This document shows, piece by piece, positions 1 through 11,385 of a stretch of 37,732 nucleotides of DNA. The number at the start of each line of letters is the position of its first letter. Position 1 is the stretch's first letter. Under the pieces are notes generated by a model that saw only the letters and a program-made list of their open reading frames with translations, ran no database searches and was not told the DNA's origin. Both the position numbers and the translations under genes were made by a program. The stretch is from the sequence record SRR31147125_28975. One strand, written 5' to 3'.

Positions 1-1590
1 TTTTTTCTTTTTTTCTTTATATAATTTTAAATCCATATTTTGAAGTTTTGGCTTTTTAACGCCTTCTAACCATTGTTTTTTAAAGACTTCAAATATAACA
101 AGCCAATCGCTTCTTAATATGACATAAAAGTTTTCAATGAGCTTTGTTCTACTATTTAATATTTCAAATACTTGTGACTTAATTTCATCATCCATTAATT
201 TTTTACATGAATCAAGATCATTAGTAATTAATAACATCTCTTTATCACTAACAACTTCTAACTCTGATTGTGATAAAAGGTATGCTGCCATTTTCAAATG
301 TGGTTTAGGATAGTCTTTTAAACGTTGCCATCCTTTTAACATCAATGCTTTTTTATCTTTATCACTATGATGCAAAATACGTTCTACATCTTTTATTGTA
401 ACAAGCGGTATTGCTTTTTTAGATGATTTTGCTGTTTGTGTGATAACAGGTTGTTCAGTCATTTGTTGCTTAAGTTTAAACATATCAGATTTAATGTCAG
501 CAATCGCTGCATCATAATCAATGTGTTTTAGTGTTTCATGTTCCATCATTTTGATCATCGCAAGTTCGATATATGCTCTTTTTTGATGGGTCCATTTCAT
601 GTCTTGTTGAAGTTGATTTAACACTTCTAAATAATAGTATATTTTTGGTGTTGATATCAATTCAATTAAATCTTGATATTTAGGTTGTTCAACTGATGTT
701 GTTTTTTCTAATAATATATCTCTTAATGCTAAAATTAAATCATTAACAATTCGGCTTGCTTCTTTGCCTTGTGCGAGTAATTCTTTTAGTAAAACAAGTG
801 CATGCGTGATTTCTTTTTTCGTGATTGCTGATAAAATTTTAGATAATGCCACTTGTGAGACGCTCCCAGCGACTTCATGGACATCATCTTCCGTAATTTT
901 ATCTTCTGCAAAACTAATGGCTTGATCTAATAAACTAATTGCATCTCTTAGTCCACCTTCAGCATTTTCAGCAATGACTCTTATTGCACGTTCATCAATA
1001 TCAATTTGTTCTTGTTGGATAATTTCTTTAAGTTTATCTACGATATCACTAATTTCAATATTTTTAAAGTCATAGCGTTGACATCTTGATAATATCGTTG
1101 AAGGTATTTTATAGACTTCAGTTGTTGCAAGTATAAAGATTACATGTTTTGGAGGTTCTTCTAATGTTTTTAACAAAGCGTTAAACGCGCCTGTTGTAAG
1201 CATATGGACCTCATCAATGATATAAACTTTATACTTACCAACACTTGGCATGTATTTCACTTTATCTCTTAAGTCTCTAATTTCATCAACACCATTGTTT
1301 GATGCTGCATCGATTTCAATCACATCAGCGATATCGCCTTTATCAATGCCTTTGCATACATCACATGTGTTGCATGGTGATCCATCTTTAGGATTTAGAC
1401 AATTTACAGCTTTTGCAAATATTTTTGCAACCGAAGTTTTACCAGTTCCTCTTGGACCACTAAATAAATAAGCATGTTGGATTTTATCATGGATTAACGC
1501 ATTTTTTAATGTGCGTATAACGACTTTTTGCCCTGCTACTTCTTCAAATGATTTCGGTCTATATGTACGATATAATGCGACGTAAGCCAT
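1..1590 (-). CDS. dnaX: DNA polymerase III subunit gamma/tau (3' end runs off the window; not in the ORF track)
   Basis: Manual translation from ATG at 1590: MAYVALYRTYRPKSFEEVAGQ; Walker A GPRGTGKT; zinc motif CLN..PCNTCDVC; EIDAASNNGV, IIDEVHML, ILSRCQR. GGAGG RBS upstream; frame still open at base 1. Confidence 0.97.
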   Translation of the reverse strand, partial: MAYVALYRTYRPKSFEEVAGQKVVIRTLKNALIHDKIQHAYLFSGPRGTGKTSVAKIFAKAVNCLNPKDGSPCNTCDVCKGIDKGDIADVIEIDAASNNGVDEIRDLRDKVKYMPSVGKYKVYIIDEVHMLTTGAFNALLKTLEEPPKHVIFILATTEVYKIPSTILSRCQRYDFKNIEISDIVDKLKEIIQQEQIDIDERAIRVIAENAEGGLRDAISLLDQAISFAEDKITEDDVHEVAGSVSQVALSKILSAITKKEITHALVLLKELLAQGKEASRIVNDLILALRDILLEKTTSVEQPKYQDLIELISTPKIYYYLEVLNQLQQDMKWTHQKRAYIELAMIKMMEHETLKHIDYDAAIADIKSDMFKLKQQMTEQPVITQTAKSSKKAIPLVTIKDVERILHHSDKDKKALMLKGWQRLKDYPKPHLKMAAYLLSQSELEVVSDKEMLLITNDLDSCKKLMDDEIKSQVFEILNSRTKLIENFYVILRSDWLVIFEVFKKQWLEGVKKPKLQNMDLKLYKEKKKK

Positions 1591-1619
1591 AAATAATACC
1601 TCCCTTACTTATCTTTTTT

Positions 1620-1628
1620 ATTATAACA
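1620..1628 (-). promoter_or_regulatory. Putative extended -10 promoter (TGnTATAAT) for dnaX
   Basis: Minus strand reads TGTTATAAT about 30 nt upstream of the dnaX start. Confidence 0.55.
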
Positions 1629-1647
1629 TATATCATATATGTTTCTT

Positions 1648-2991
1648 TTATTTTCCTAAGCAAAACTTAGAGAATAATTCGTCTAGTAAATCATCTTTAT
1701 AGTATTGGCCTAAAATTTCACCTAATAATTTCCATGCGTCTGTTAAATCAATCGCATAGACATCAACAGGCATATCCAAATCAATAGATTCTAAAACAGC
1801 TTCTAGTGAAGAAAGTGCTTGTCTGACTTTAGCGATATGTCTAGCGTTTGATAAAAAGTTCATATCTCTTGTGTCAATATTTTCTAATGCAAGTTTTTTA
1901 AGTATAGCATGTTCTAAATCTTTAAGCCCTGTTTTATTTAAAGCAGAAATGGATATCACTTCATCGAGTTCTAAGTTAGGTGTTAAATCTGACTTATTAC
2001 CAATAATGATTCTTTGGTGATTGCTTGTCATGTCTAATAACTTCTTATCTTCATCAGATAGCGTTTTGCTCATATCAAGCACAAGTAAAACTAAATCCGC
2101 TTTATCGATTGCTTTAATCGATCGATCAACACCTATTTTTTCAACAAAATCTTCGGTTTCTCTAATCCCTGCAGTATCTATTAAATGAAGTGTAACGCCA
2201 CCCATGTTAATATATGATTCAATCGTATCTCTTGTTGTCCCTTCTATATCAGTGACAATCGCCTTTTCTTCGTTTAACAAGGCGTTTAACAAGCTAGACT
2301 TACCAACATTAGGTTTACCTACAATAACGGTTTTAATACCTTCTTTAATTAATTGATTTTTTTCAGATTCTTTTAAAATCACTTTCATTTCTTCAATTAA
2401 CTCAATTGTTTTGGGATATATGATTTCTCTACTCATTTGAATAGCATCGTCATATTCTGGATAATCGATATTCACTTCAATCTGAGCAATGATTGTTAAG
2501 AGTTTTGATCTTAATTCTTCAATAAGTTTTGAAGTTTGTTTTTGTATACCTAGTGAAGCTATTTTTAATGCTTGTTCGTTTTTAGCATGAATAAAATCCA
2601 TAATTGATTCAGCTTCAACCAAATCAATACGACCATTTAAATAAGCGCGTTCACTAAATTCACCTGGATTTGCATGTCTTATATTTAAAGATAATATGCG
2701 CTGAAGAACTTTTTGTACAATTAAAATACCTCCATGTGTAGATACTTCAACCATGTCTTCTTTTGTGAAAGTTTTAGGTGCTTTTAGTACTGCAACCATG
2801 ACCTCATCTAAAAACGATTGATCCTCATTTAACACATGCCCATAGTTTATGGTATGTGATTTTACTTTTGTTAAATCTTTGCCTTTAAATATTTGATTAA
2901 ATAGGGAAATTGCTTCATCGCCGCTAATTCTAATCACTGCAATACCCGCAGTCCCATAAGCAGTTGAAATCGCAGCAATCGTATCAGTCAT
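1648..2991 (-). CDS. mnmE: tRNA U34 modification GTPase MnmE/TrmE
   Basis: DTIAAIST N-terminus, GKPNVGKSS, GTTRD, DTAG, NKSD, C-terminal FCLGK. Start reset to ATG 2991 (GAGGA RBS) instead of 3018. Confidence 0.97.
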   Translation of the reverse strand: MTDTIAAISTAYGTAGIAVIRISGDEAISLFNQIFKGKDLTKVKSHTINYGHVLNEDQSFLDEVMVAVLKAPKTFTKEDMVEVSTHGGILIVQKVLQRILSLNIRHANPGEFSERAYLNGRIDLVEAESIMDFIHAKNEQALKIASLGIQKQTSKLIEELRSKLLTIIAQIEVNIDYPEYDDAIQMSREIIYPKTIELIEEMKVILKESEKNQLIKEGIKTVIVGKPNVGKSSLLNALLNEEKAIVTDIEGTTRDTIESYINMGGVTLHLIDTAGIRETEDFVEKIGVDRSIKAIDKADLVLLVLDMSKTLSDEDKKLLDMTSNHQRIIIGNKSDLTPNLELDEVISISALNKTGLKDLEHAILKKLALENIDTRDMNFLSNARHIAKVRQALSSLEAVLESIDLDMPVDVYAIDLTDAWKLLGEILGQYYKDDLLDELFSKFCLGK

Positions 2992-3520
2992 CTGATTCTT
3001 CCTCAAATCCTTGAGCACGTGCAGATTTCATTGGATTAAATCCTCTTTTGAAATCTCTAAATGCAATTAAACATATCATCACAGCACCAACAACAGCTCC
3101 TAAAATGATATAGCCAGATCCTAAAATAAGTCCTACCATTGCAGTAACCCATATGGTAGAAGCTGTTGTAATTCCTTTAATACCTGCTGAACTATTTTTT
3201 AAAATAGCTCCAGCTCCAATAAAACCTATACCAGTAACAACTTGAGCGATAATACGTTGCCCTTCAGGATTTGTGAAATTTCCAGCATCTATTTGTGCTT
3301 CATACATAAGGCGTTGCATAATGGCAATACCAACACTACCTAATGCGACTAATACATGAGATGATAATCCTGCTGATTTCCCAACATTTTGGCGTTCAAA
3401 ACCAACAAATGCTGCAATCAGTGTAGTCAGTGCAATCGGTAATAACATTTTGAGTAAAATATCTTCAAGCCCTAAACCTAAATCTAGAATTGCTTCGTGA
3501 AAAACATATAAAACCATCAT
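2984..3520 (-). CDS. MgtC/SapB family membrane protein (short form)
   Basis: GFERQ..GKSAGL, RIIAQVVTGIGFIGAGAIL and GITTASTIW motifs; several TM helices; overlaps both neighbours. Confidence 0.9.
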   Translation of the reverse strand: MMVLYVFHEAILDLGLGLEDILLKMLLPIALTTLIAAFVGFERQNVGKSAGLSSHVLVALGSVGIAIMQRLMYEAQIDAGNFTNPEGQRIIAQVVTGIGFIGAGAILKNSSAGIKGITTASTIWVTAMVGLILGSGYIILGAVVGAVMICLIAFRDFKRGFNPMKSARAQGFEEESDD

Positions 3521-4383
3521 GATTTTTTACCTCTTTCTTTATATATTTCATTAAAATGTACTTTTTTATTTTTATACGTATAACCCAAGACTTGTTCAAG
3601 GTTCACATTGGTTGCTGCACGATATATTGATGCATCAACATCTGGATTTACTTTTCTAAGTGCTTGAATAAGTTCTTTGATTTCTCTACGTTTAGATGAT
3701 GTCTTTTCAGCAGCAACCGTACATCCACAATTCATTGATTGTATGCCACTGTTTTGTAACCATCTGATAATGTCTCGTTCTTTCACTTTCATCATTGGAC
3801 GAATCAGTTCAATATCATCAAAATTTAATGCTTCTATTTTAGGAACCATCGTTTTAAATGATCCACCATAAAACATATTTAACATCGTTGTTTCAATCAC
3901 ATCATCAAAATGATGTCCAAGTGCAAGTTTATTACATCCTAGAGATTTTGCTGCATCATACAAAAAACCACGTCTCATTCTTGCACACATATAACAAGGA
4001 TTTTCTTTTGCGATTTTTTCTACGACTTCAAATATATCTGATTCTCTGACTTCTAAAGGTATATTTAAATATTTACAATTCGTCTCTAAGAGTTCGCGAT
4101 TCACTTCATTAAATCCCGGGTCCATCGCAATAAATGCAATCTCAAATGGAATTTTATTGTGTCTTTTTAATTCTTGGAAGAGTTTTGCCATAATGAGACT
4201 ATCTTTACCACCTGAGATACCAATAGCTATTTTATCACCTGGTTGGATGAGTTCAAATTCATTAATCGTTTTAACAAATGGTCTAAAAATATCTTTTTTA
4301 TATGTCGTGATTAAGCTTTTCTCAATATCTTGTAATGGCTTAGTGGGCGCAGTTACCTCAATCATTTCACATACTTGTTTCAT
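3517..4383 (-). CDS. ttcA: tRNA 2-thiocytidine(32) synthetase TtcA family PP-loop ATPase
   Basis: SGGKDS PP-loop, PCYMCARMRRG, LALGHHFDD, LIRPM, C-terminal CGC. Confidence 0.85.
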   Translation of the reverse strand: MKQVCEMIEVTAPTKPLQDIEKSLITTYKKDIFRPFVKTINEFELIQPGDKIAIGISGGKDSLIMAKLFQELKRHNKIPFEIAFIAMDPGFNEVNRELLETNCKYLNIPLEVRESDIFEVVEKIAKENPCYMCARMRRGFLYDAAKSLGCNKLALGHHFDDVIETTMLNMFYGGSFKTMVPKIEALNFDDIELIRPMMKVKERDIIRWLQNSGIQSMNCGCTVAAEKTSSKRREIKELIQALRKVNPDVDASIYRAATNVNLEQVLGYTYKNKKVHFNEIYKERGKKS

Positions 4384-5324
4384 TATTTTTCCTCTAAGTA
4401 AGCAGTCGCTATTTCATTTGCTTTATTAGCAAAATCTTCTAGGTCTTCCCAAGAGTCTAATCTTGCACCTGCTGCTTTTGCATGGCCACCACCACCAAAT
4501 TGATTTGCAAGTGTTGAAATAGTTGGTCCATTTGAACGAAGTCTAATTCTTATTTCATTTGGGTATTCAATAAATAATGCCCATACAGGATATCCATCAA
4601 TACCTGATAGTGCATTGACAACAGATGCTGCTTGTTCATCTGTTACACCAAATGAATCGATAACATCTCTTGTCATCTTGATGTATATAAAATGATCTTT
4701 TGTCACATAATTAGAATAAACATATCCTTTTAATGCGACCATTTGTAATGTTTCTTTTGATAATTGTTGATCTATATATTCTACATCAACACCTTTTTCA
4801 ATAAGTAATCCTGCAAGTTGATGTGTTAATTTTGAAACACCACGATATCTAAATCTCCCTGTATCTGTGACGATACCTGTATATAATGCGATAGCACCAG
4901 TTTTAGTAAGCTTTAATTCATTTCTAAATTTATAATAAAAATATGTAATCATTTGCGCACATGATGGGAAACTTGTATCAACCCATCTTATATCTCCGTA
5001 GTCGTCTACTGGAATATGATGATCAATTTTAATGATGTAATCACCTTTGACATATCTTTCTTCGCTTATTCTTGATTGTGTCGCTGTATCAACAACAATT
5101 GATAATGCGCCTTGATAAACATCATCAGAGATTTCATCAACTTGTCCGACATAGTCAACATAACCACTCATACCACCTACGACATAAACTTTCTTATTCG
5201 GAAATGATGTTGTAATAATATCTTTTAATCCAAATTGTGAACCTAGGCAATCCCCATCTGGTCTTTTATGTCCATGAATAATAATTGTGTCATATGCTTT
5301 TATTTTATCTAATATTCTTTTCAT
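4383..5324 (-). CDS. nrnA: DHH/DHHA1 phosphoesterase (NrnA-like oligoribonuclease/pAp phosphatase), copy 2
   Basis: HKRPDGDCLGS, IDHH, GIVTDTGRF, RLRS, GGGGHAKAAG. Start reset to ATG 5324 by homology with the adjacent paralogue. Confidence 0.9.
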   Translation of the reverse strand: MKRILDKIKAYDTIIIHGHKRPDGDCLGSQFGLKDIITTSFPNKKVYVVGGMSGYVDYVGQVDEISDDVYQGALSIVVDTATQSRISEERYVKGDYIIKIDHHIPVDDYGDIRWVDTSFPSCAQMITYFYYKFRNELKLTKTGAIALYTGIVTDTGRFRYRGVSKLTHQLAGLLIEKGVDVEYIDQQLSKETLQMVALKGYVYSNYVTKDHFIYIKMTRDVIDSFGVTDEQAASVVNALSGIDGYPVWALFIEYPNEIRIRLRSNGPTISTLANQFGGGGHAKAAGARLDSWEDLEDFANKANEIATAYLEEK

Positions 5325-6264
5325 ATTCTTTCGCCCTTTCGTCAAAATCTTTTAATATCTGTTCTACTTCTTCCCAATTTTTAAGTGTTGCTCCACAAGC
5401 TTGAGCATGTCCGCCACCGCCATATTTTTTAGCAATGTCAACAATAGATATGCCTCTAGCTCTAAACTCGCCAATAATGGCATCTTTTTCTGCATCTTCA
5501 GAAAAACTTGCCCATATAGGTACTTCTTTAATACCAGCCATTTGGTTAACCATACCTCGAGATACCGCTTGGAACTCTAACCCACTTTGTTCGATGATTT
5601 CTTTTGTGTTTTTTCTGTAAGCGACATTATGTTTGGTTAATTCAAATGTAGTAAACATATTTTTAACTTTTCTTTTCTCTAGTGATTCCGTATAAATGAA
5701 ATCATAAAAATCTCTAATATTTGGATTGAACTTGGTAATATATGCTGCAAGTTCAAATGTCTTACTTGCTTCTTTTAAAAACATAAATCTTCCTGTGTCA
5801 GTCACCATGCCTGCATAAAGGTATGTGGCAGCATCAGGCGTGATGATGAATTTTTCTTCTTTAGCTAAATCAATGATCATTTCACATGCTGATGCAAAGG
5901 TATCATCTCTATAAAAGATGGATACATCATCAACATTTGTTTCATTGGTATGATGATCAATAATGATACGTTCCTTGGCAAGTTGATATCTTTCATCTGA
6001 TATCATATATGTCACTGCAACATCCGTGATTATTGATAATGCATCTTTAAATATATCATCGGATATATCATTCATGACCGCTTGATAACTCATATCATTT
6101 AAGTCACCAACAACATATATTTTTTTATTAGGATAACGCGCTTTTAATAATAGAGATAGTCCTACTTGTGATCCAATAGCATCCATATCTGGTCTTGTGT
6201 GTCTGTGGATGATAATTGTATCATATGATTCAATTGTTTTAATAATTTCTTTTTTAATATTCAT
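5305..6264 (-). CDS. nrnA: DHH/DHHA1 phosphoesterase (NrnA-like), copy 1
   Basis: HTRPDMDAIGS, IDHH, GMVTDTGRF, GGGGHAQACG; AAGGTAGG RBS. Confidence 0.9.
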   Translation of the reverse strand: MNIKKEIIKTIESYDTIIIHRHTRPDMDAIGSQVGLSLLLKARYPNKKIYVVGDLNDMSYQAVMNDISDDIFKDALSIITDVAVTYMISDERYQLAKERIIIDHHTNETNVDDVSIFYRDDTFASACEMIIDLAKEEKFIITPDAATYLYAGMVTDTGRFMFLKEASKTFELAAYITKFNPNIRDFYDFIYTESLEKRKVKNMFTTFELTKHNVAYRKNTKEIIEQSGLEFQAVSRGMVNQMAGIKEVPIWASFSEDAEKDAIIGEFRARGISIVDIAKKYGGGGHAQACGATLKNWEEVEQILKDFDERAKEYEKNIR

Positions 6265-6284
6265 ATTAAACCTACCTTATGCGG

Positions 6285-6301
6285 ATTATAATAGTATAAC
6301 A
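6285..6301 (-). promoter_or_regulatory. Putative promoter of the nrnA-nrnA-ttcA-mgtC-mnmE operon
   Basis: Minus strand TGTTATACT (extended -10, 6293-6301) and a second TATAAT (6285-6290) just upstream of the RBS. Confidence 0.5.
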
Positions 6302-6345
6302 TATTTTGATGATTTTTAATAATGTATTACGGTTATCTAAGCAAA

Positions 6346-6359
6346 AATAAGCGCTTATT
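6346..6359. promoter_or_regulatory. Perfect 14-bp palindrome AATAAGCGCTTATT, LacI/CcpA-type operator candidate
   Basis: Perfect palindrome with the AAGCGCTT core typical of LacI-family sites; shares 15 bp with 23241-23255. Confidence 0.4.
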
Positions 6360-6626
6360 CGTTGCTTGTTTTTTTAGATGTTTATCATATTTCTCTGCCT
6401 TTAGTGTCATTAAATATATTTTTTCCTTTGTAGGTTTCTTTATAATCTATAAATAGTCCTTATAGTGATTGAGGTCAAAAGCATTTATCCTAGGTAATAC
6501 AATTTTTTTCTTCGACTTTAATTGTATATTCATGTCATCACAATCTTTCATATATAGTATGTACATTTGTTATAACATTTTCAAGACAATGTTTCATATT
6601 TCTATAGTTGTGTTTCATCATTAGCT

Positions 6627-6662
6627 AAAATAAAGACACCGATCTCTATGATATCGGTGTCT
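6627..6662 (-). terminator. Intrinsic terminator of the gal operon
   Basis: 10-bp stem AGACACCGAT/ATCGGTGTCT (6634-6643, 6653-6662) followed on the minus strand by TTATTTT, 32 nt after the galE stop. Confidence 0.85.
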
Positions 6663-6694
6663 ATGACTTCTCTTATTTAATTTATACGTAGTAA

Positions 6695-7657
6695 CTAATT
6701 TATTTTTTTGTGATAATTAAGATCAGATACAATCATATCTTCTAGTGATAATTTAGGCTCCCAACCTAAAACTTTTTTTGCTTGATCATTAGATGCTACG
6801 AGTAAAGCAGGGTCACCATCTCTTCTTGGTGCATAAGCATATTTTACAGGTGTAATTGTTTCTAGTGTTTTTACGACTTCTAGTACACTAAATCCTTGAT
6901 TTGAACCAAGATTCATTGTTTCAGACTTCCCACCTTTTGAAAGATACTCAACACCTAGGACATGGGCTTGTGCAAGATCAGTGACATGTACATAATCTCT
7001 AATACATGTACCATCTCTTGTTTCATAGTCATTACCATAGATGTTTAACTGCTCTCTTATGCCAAGTGCTGCTTCGTTAGCAATAGGGATTAAATGAGTA
7101 GCTTTATTATTTTTATATCCGATTTCTAAAGTTTTATCAGCACCCGCCACATTAAAGTATCTAAAAATGACAAACTTTAAACCATGCGCATTTGCTGTCC
7201 ATTTAATCATTTTTTCTACAGCTAATTTTGTTTCTCCATATGGATTAATTGGTGCTGGGATATCTGTCTCTTTGCAAACACCTTTAGCATCACCATAAAC
7301 AGCTGCAGTAGATGAAAATACAAAGTTTTTCACATTGTGTTTAACAACTGAATCTAATAATACGCGAACGCCTTCTACATTATTATAATAATATGCAAGT
7401 GGTTCTGAGACACTTTCTGGTACAACAATCTTCGCTGCAAAGTGCATCACTGCATCAATATCTTCATTTTCAAATACTTTTTCGACATCTTTAGCTTTTG
7501 TGATATCCCCTAAATAAAACTTAACATCTTTTGGCACAAATTCACGATGCCCTGTTGATAAATTATCAAGTACAACAACTTCATGGTTTGCTCTAATGAG
7601 TTCATATACAGTATGACTACCGATATAACCTGCACCACCTACGACTAATACTTTCAT
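6695..7657 (-). CDS. galE: UDP-glucose 4-epimerase
   Basis: GGAGYIGSH Rossmann motif, FSSTAAVYG, YGETK (YxxxK), RYFNVAGA, DGTCIRDYVHV; AGGAGG RBS. Confidence 0.96.
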   Translation of the reverse strand: MKVLVVGGAGYIGSHTVYELIRANHEVVVLDNLSTGHREFVPKDVKFYLGDITKAKDVEKVFENEDIDAVMHFAAKIVVPESVSEPLAYYYNNVEGVRVLLDSVVKHNVKNFVFSSTAAVYGDAKGVCKETDIPAPINPYGETKLAVEKMIKWTANAHGLKFVIFRYFNVAGADKTLEIGYKNNKATHLIPIANEAALGIREQLNIYGNDYETRDGTCIRDYVHVTDLAQAHVLGVEYLSKGGKSETMNLGSNQGFSVLEVVKTLETITPVKYAYAPRRDGDPALLVASNDQAKKVLGWEPKLSLEDMIVSDLNYHKKIN

Positions 7658-7665
7658 AAATCCTC

Positions 7666-8816
7666 CTAGAGTTTATGTGTGCCTTGTTCAGCACTCACTT
7701 TATAAAATGTTGGTTTGTAACCAATTGCTTTTTCATATAAACTTTCTGTTTTGTCCATATAACTATTTACTTTATCTTTTTCAACGATAGCAACAATACA
7801 TCCACCAAAGCCTGCACCTGTCATACGCGCACCTAGTGCACCTGCTTGTCTTGATGCTTCAACTAATGCATCAAGTTCTCGACCTGTGACTTCAAAATCA
7901 TTTTTAAGTGATGTATGTGAAGCATCCATATATGAAGCAAAATCTGTCATATCATTTTCTTTTAATGCTTTAGCTGATAACATCACGCGCTCTTGTTCTG
8001 TGACTAAATGTCTGACACGTTTAAAGACAATTGGATCTAATAATTTTTCTACATTTTTTAATTCTCTTTTATTTAACTCACATAAATGATTGATTTGATA
8101 AAGAGGTTTTAAAATGTCTAATGCTTGCATACACTCGCTGTATCTTTCATTATACTTAGATTCTGTGAGTCCTCTTGATTTATTCGAGTTAACAACCATT
8201 AACTGATATTTTTCTAATTTAAAAGGGATAAGATCAAATTTAAGTGTTTGTGTATTTAATAACAATGCAGTGTTTTTTTGAGATTGAATGACTGCAAATT
8301 GATCCATAATACCACTATTTAACCCAACATAAACATTTTCTGCATATTGTCCAATCAGTGCCATATCTGTTTTTTCTAAATCCAGTTTTGCTTGTTCGTT
8401 GATCATATACGCAATCAACATTTCAAGTGATGCAGATGATGATAGACCAGCACCTGCTGGCATATTACCAAACATATAAATATCATATCCCGATGTCAAT
8501 TCAATATCTTTTTCCTTAATTCCTTGAATCACACCTTTGACATAATCGCACCATGATGCGTTTTTATCTTTTTTGAAATCTGTGATATCAAATTGATAAA
8601 CTTCTTTAGAAAAATGTTCTGAGTATATACGTACTAGATGATCTGATCTTTTACCAATAATGCCAAATGTTCCAAATTCTAACGCACATGGAAATACATG
8701 TCCGCCATTAAAGTCTGTATATTCACCAATTAAGTTCACTCGACCTGGTGAGAAATAAGATACGCCATCTGTTCTTTCAAATATTTCACTAAATTTATGT
8801 TCTAAAAAATTTTTCA

Positions 8817-8817
<1 letters not shown>
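7666..8817 (-). CDS. galK: Galactokinase
   Basis: PGRVNLIGEYTD signature variant, PAGAGLSSSA GHMP motif, GIMDQF, GARMTGAGFGGC. Confidence 0.95.
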
Positions 8818-11310
<2,493 letters not shown>

Positions 11311-11325
11311 GTAAATATTTACTAA

Positions 11326-11365
11326 ATAAAAAAAGAGCACATATAATAAAATGCCCTTTTTTATT
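11326..11365 (-). terminator. Intrinsic terminator after the ABC/GH43 operon
   Basis: Minus strand AAAAAAGGGCAT-loop-GTGCTCTTTTTTT (stem with G-U pairs, then U tract) shortly after the GH43 stop. Confidence 0.7.
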
Positions 11366-11385
11366 GTCATATTTCTTGATATCTA

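Noticed and set aside
7-13. In-frame A_AAA_AAG in dnaX, like the E. coli gamma frameshift site
   Set aside because: It lies near codon 527 in a Lys-rich stretch at the window edge, much later than the E. coli site; any stimulatory hairpin would be outside the window.
1591-1647. SRP RNA gene, often found upstream of dnaX in Firmicutes
   Set aside because: The gap is only 57 bp of AT-rich DNA with no SRP-like stem.
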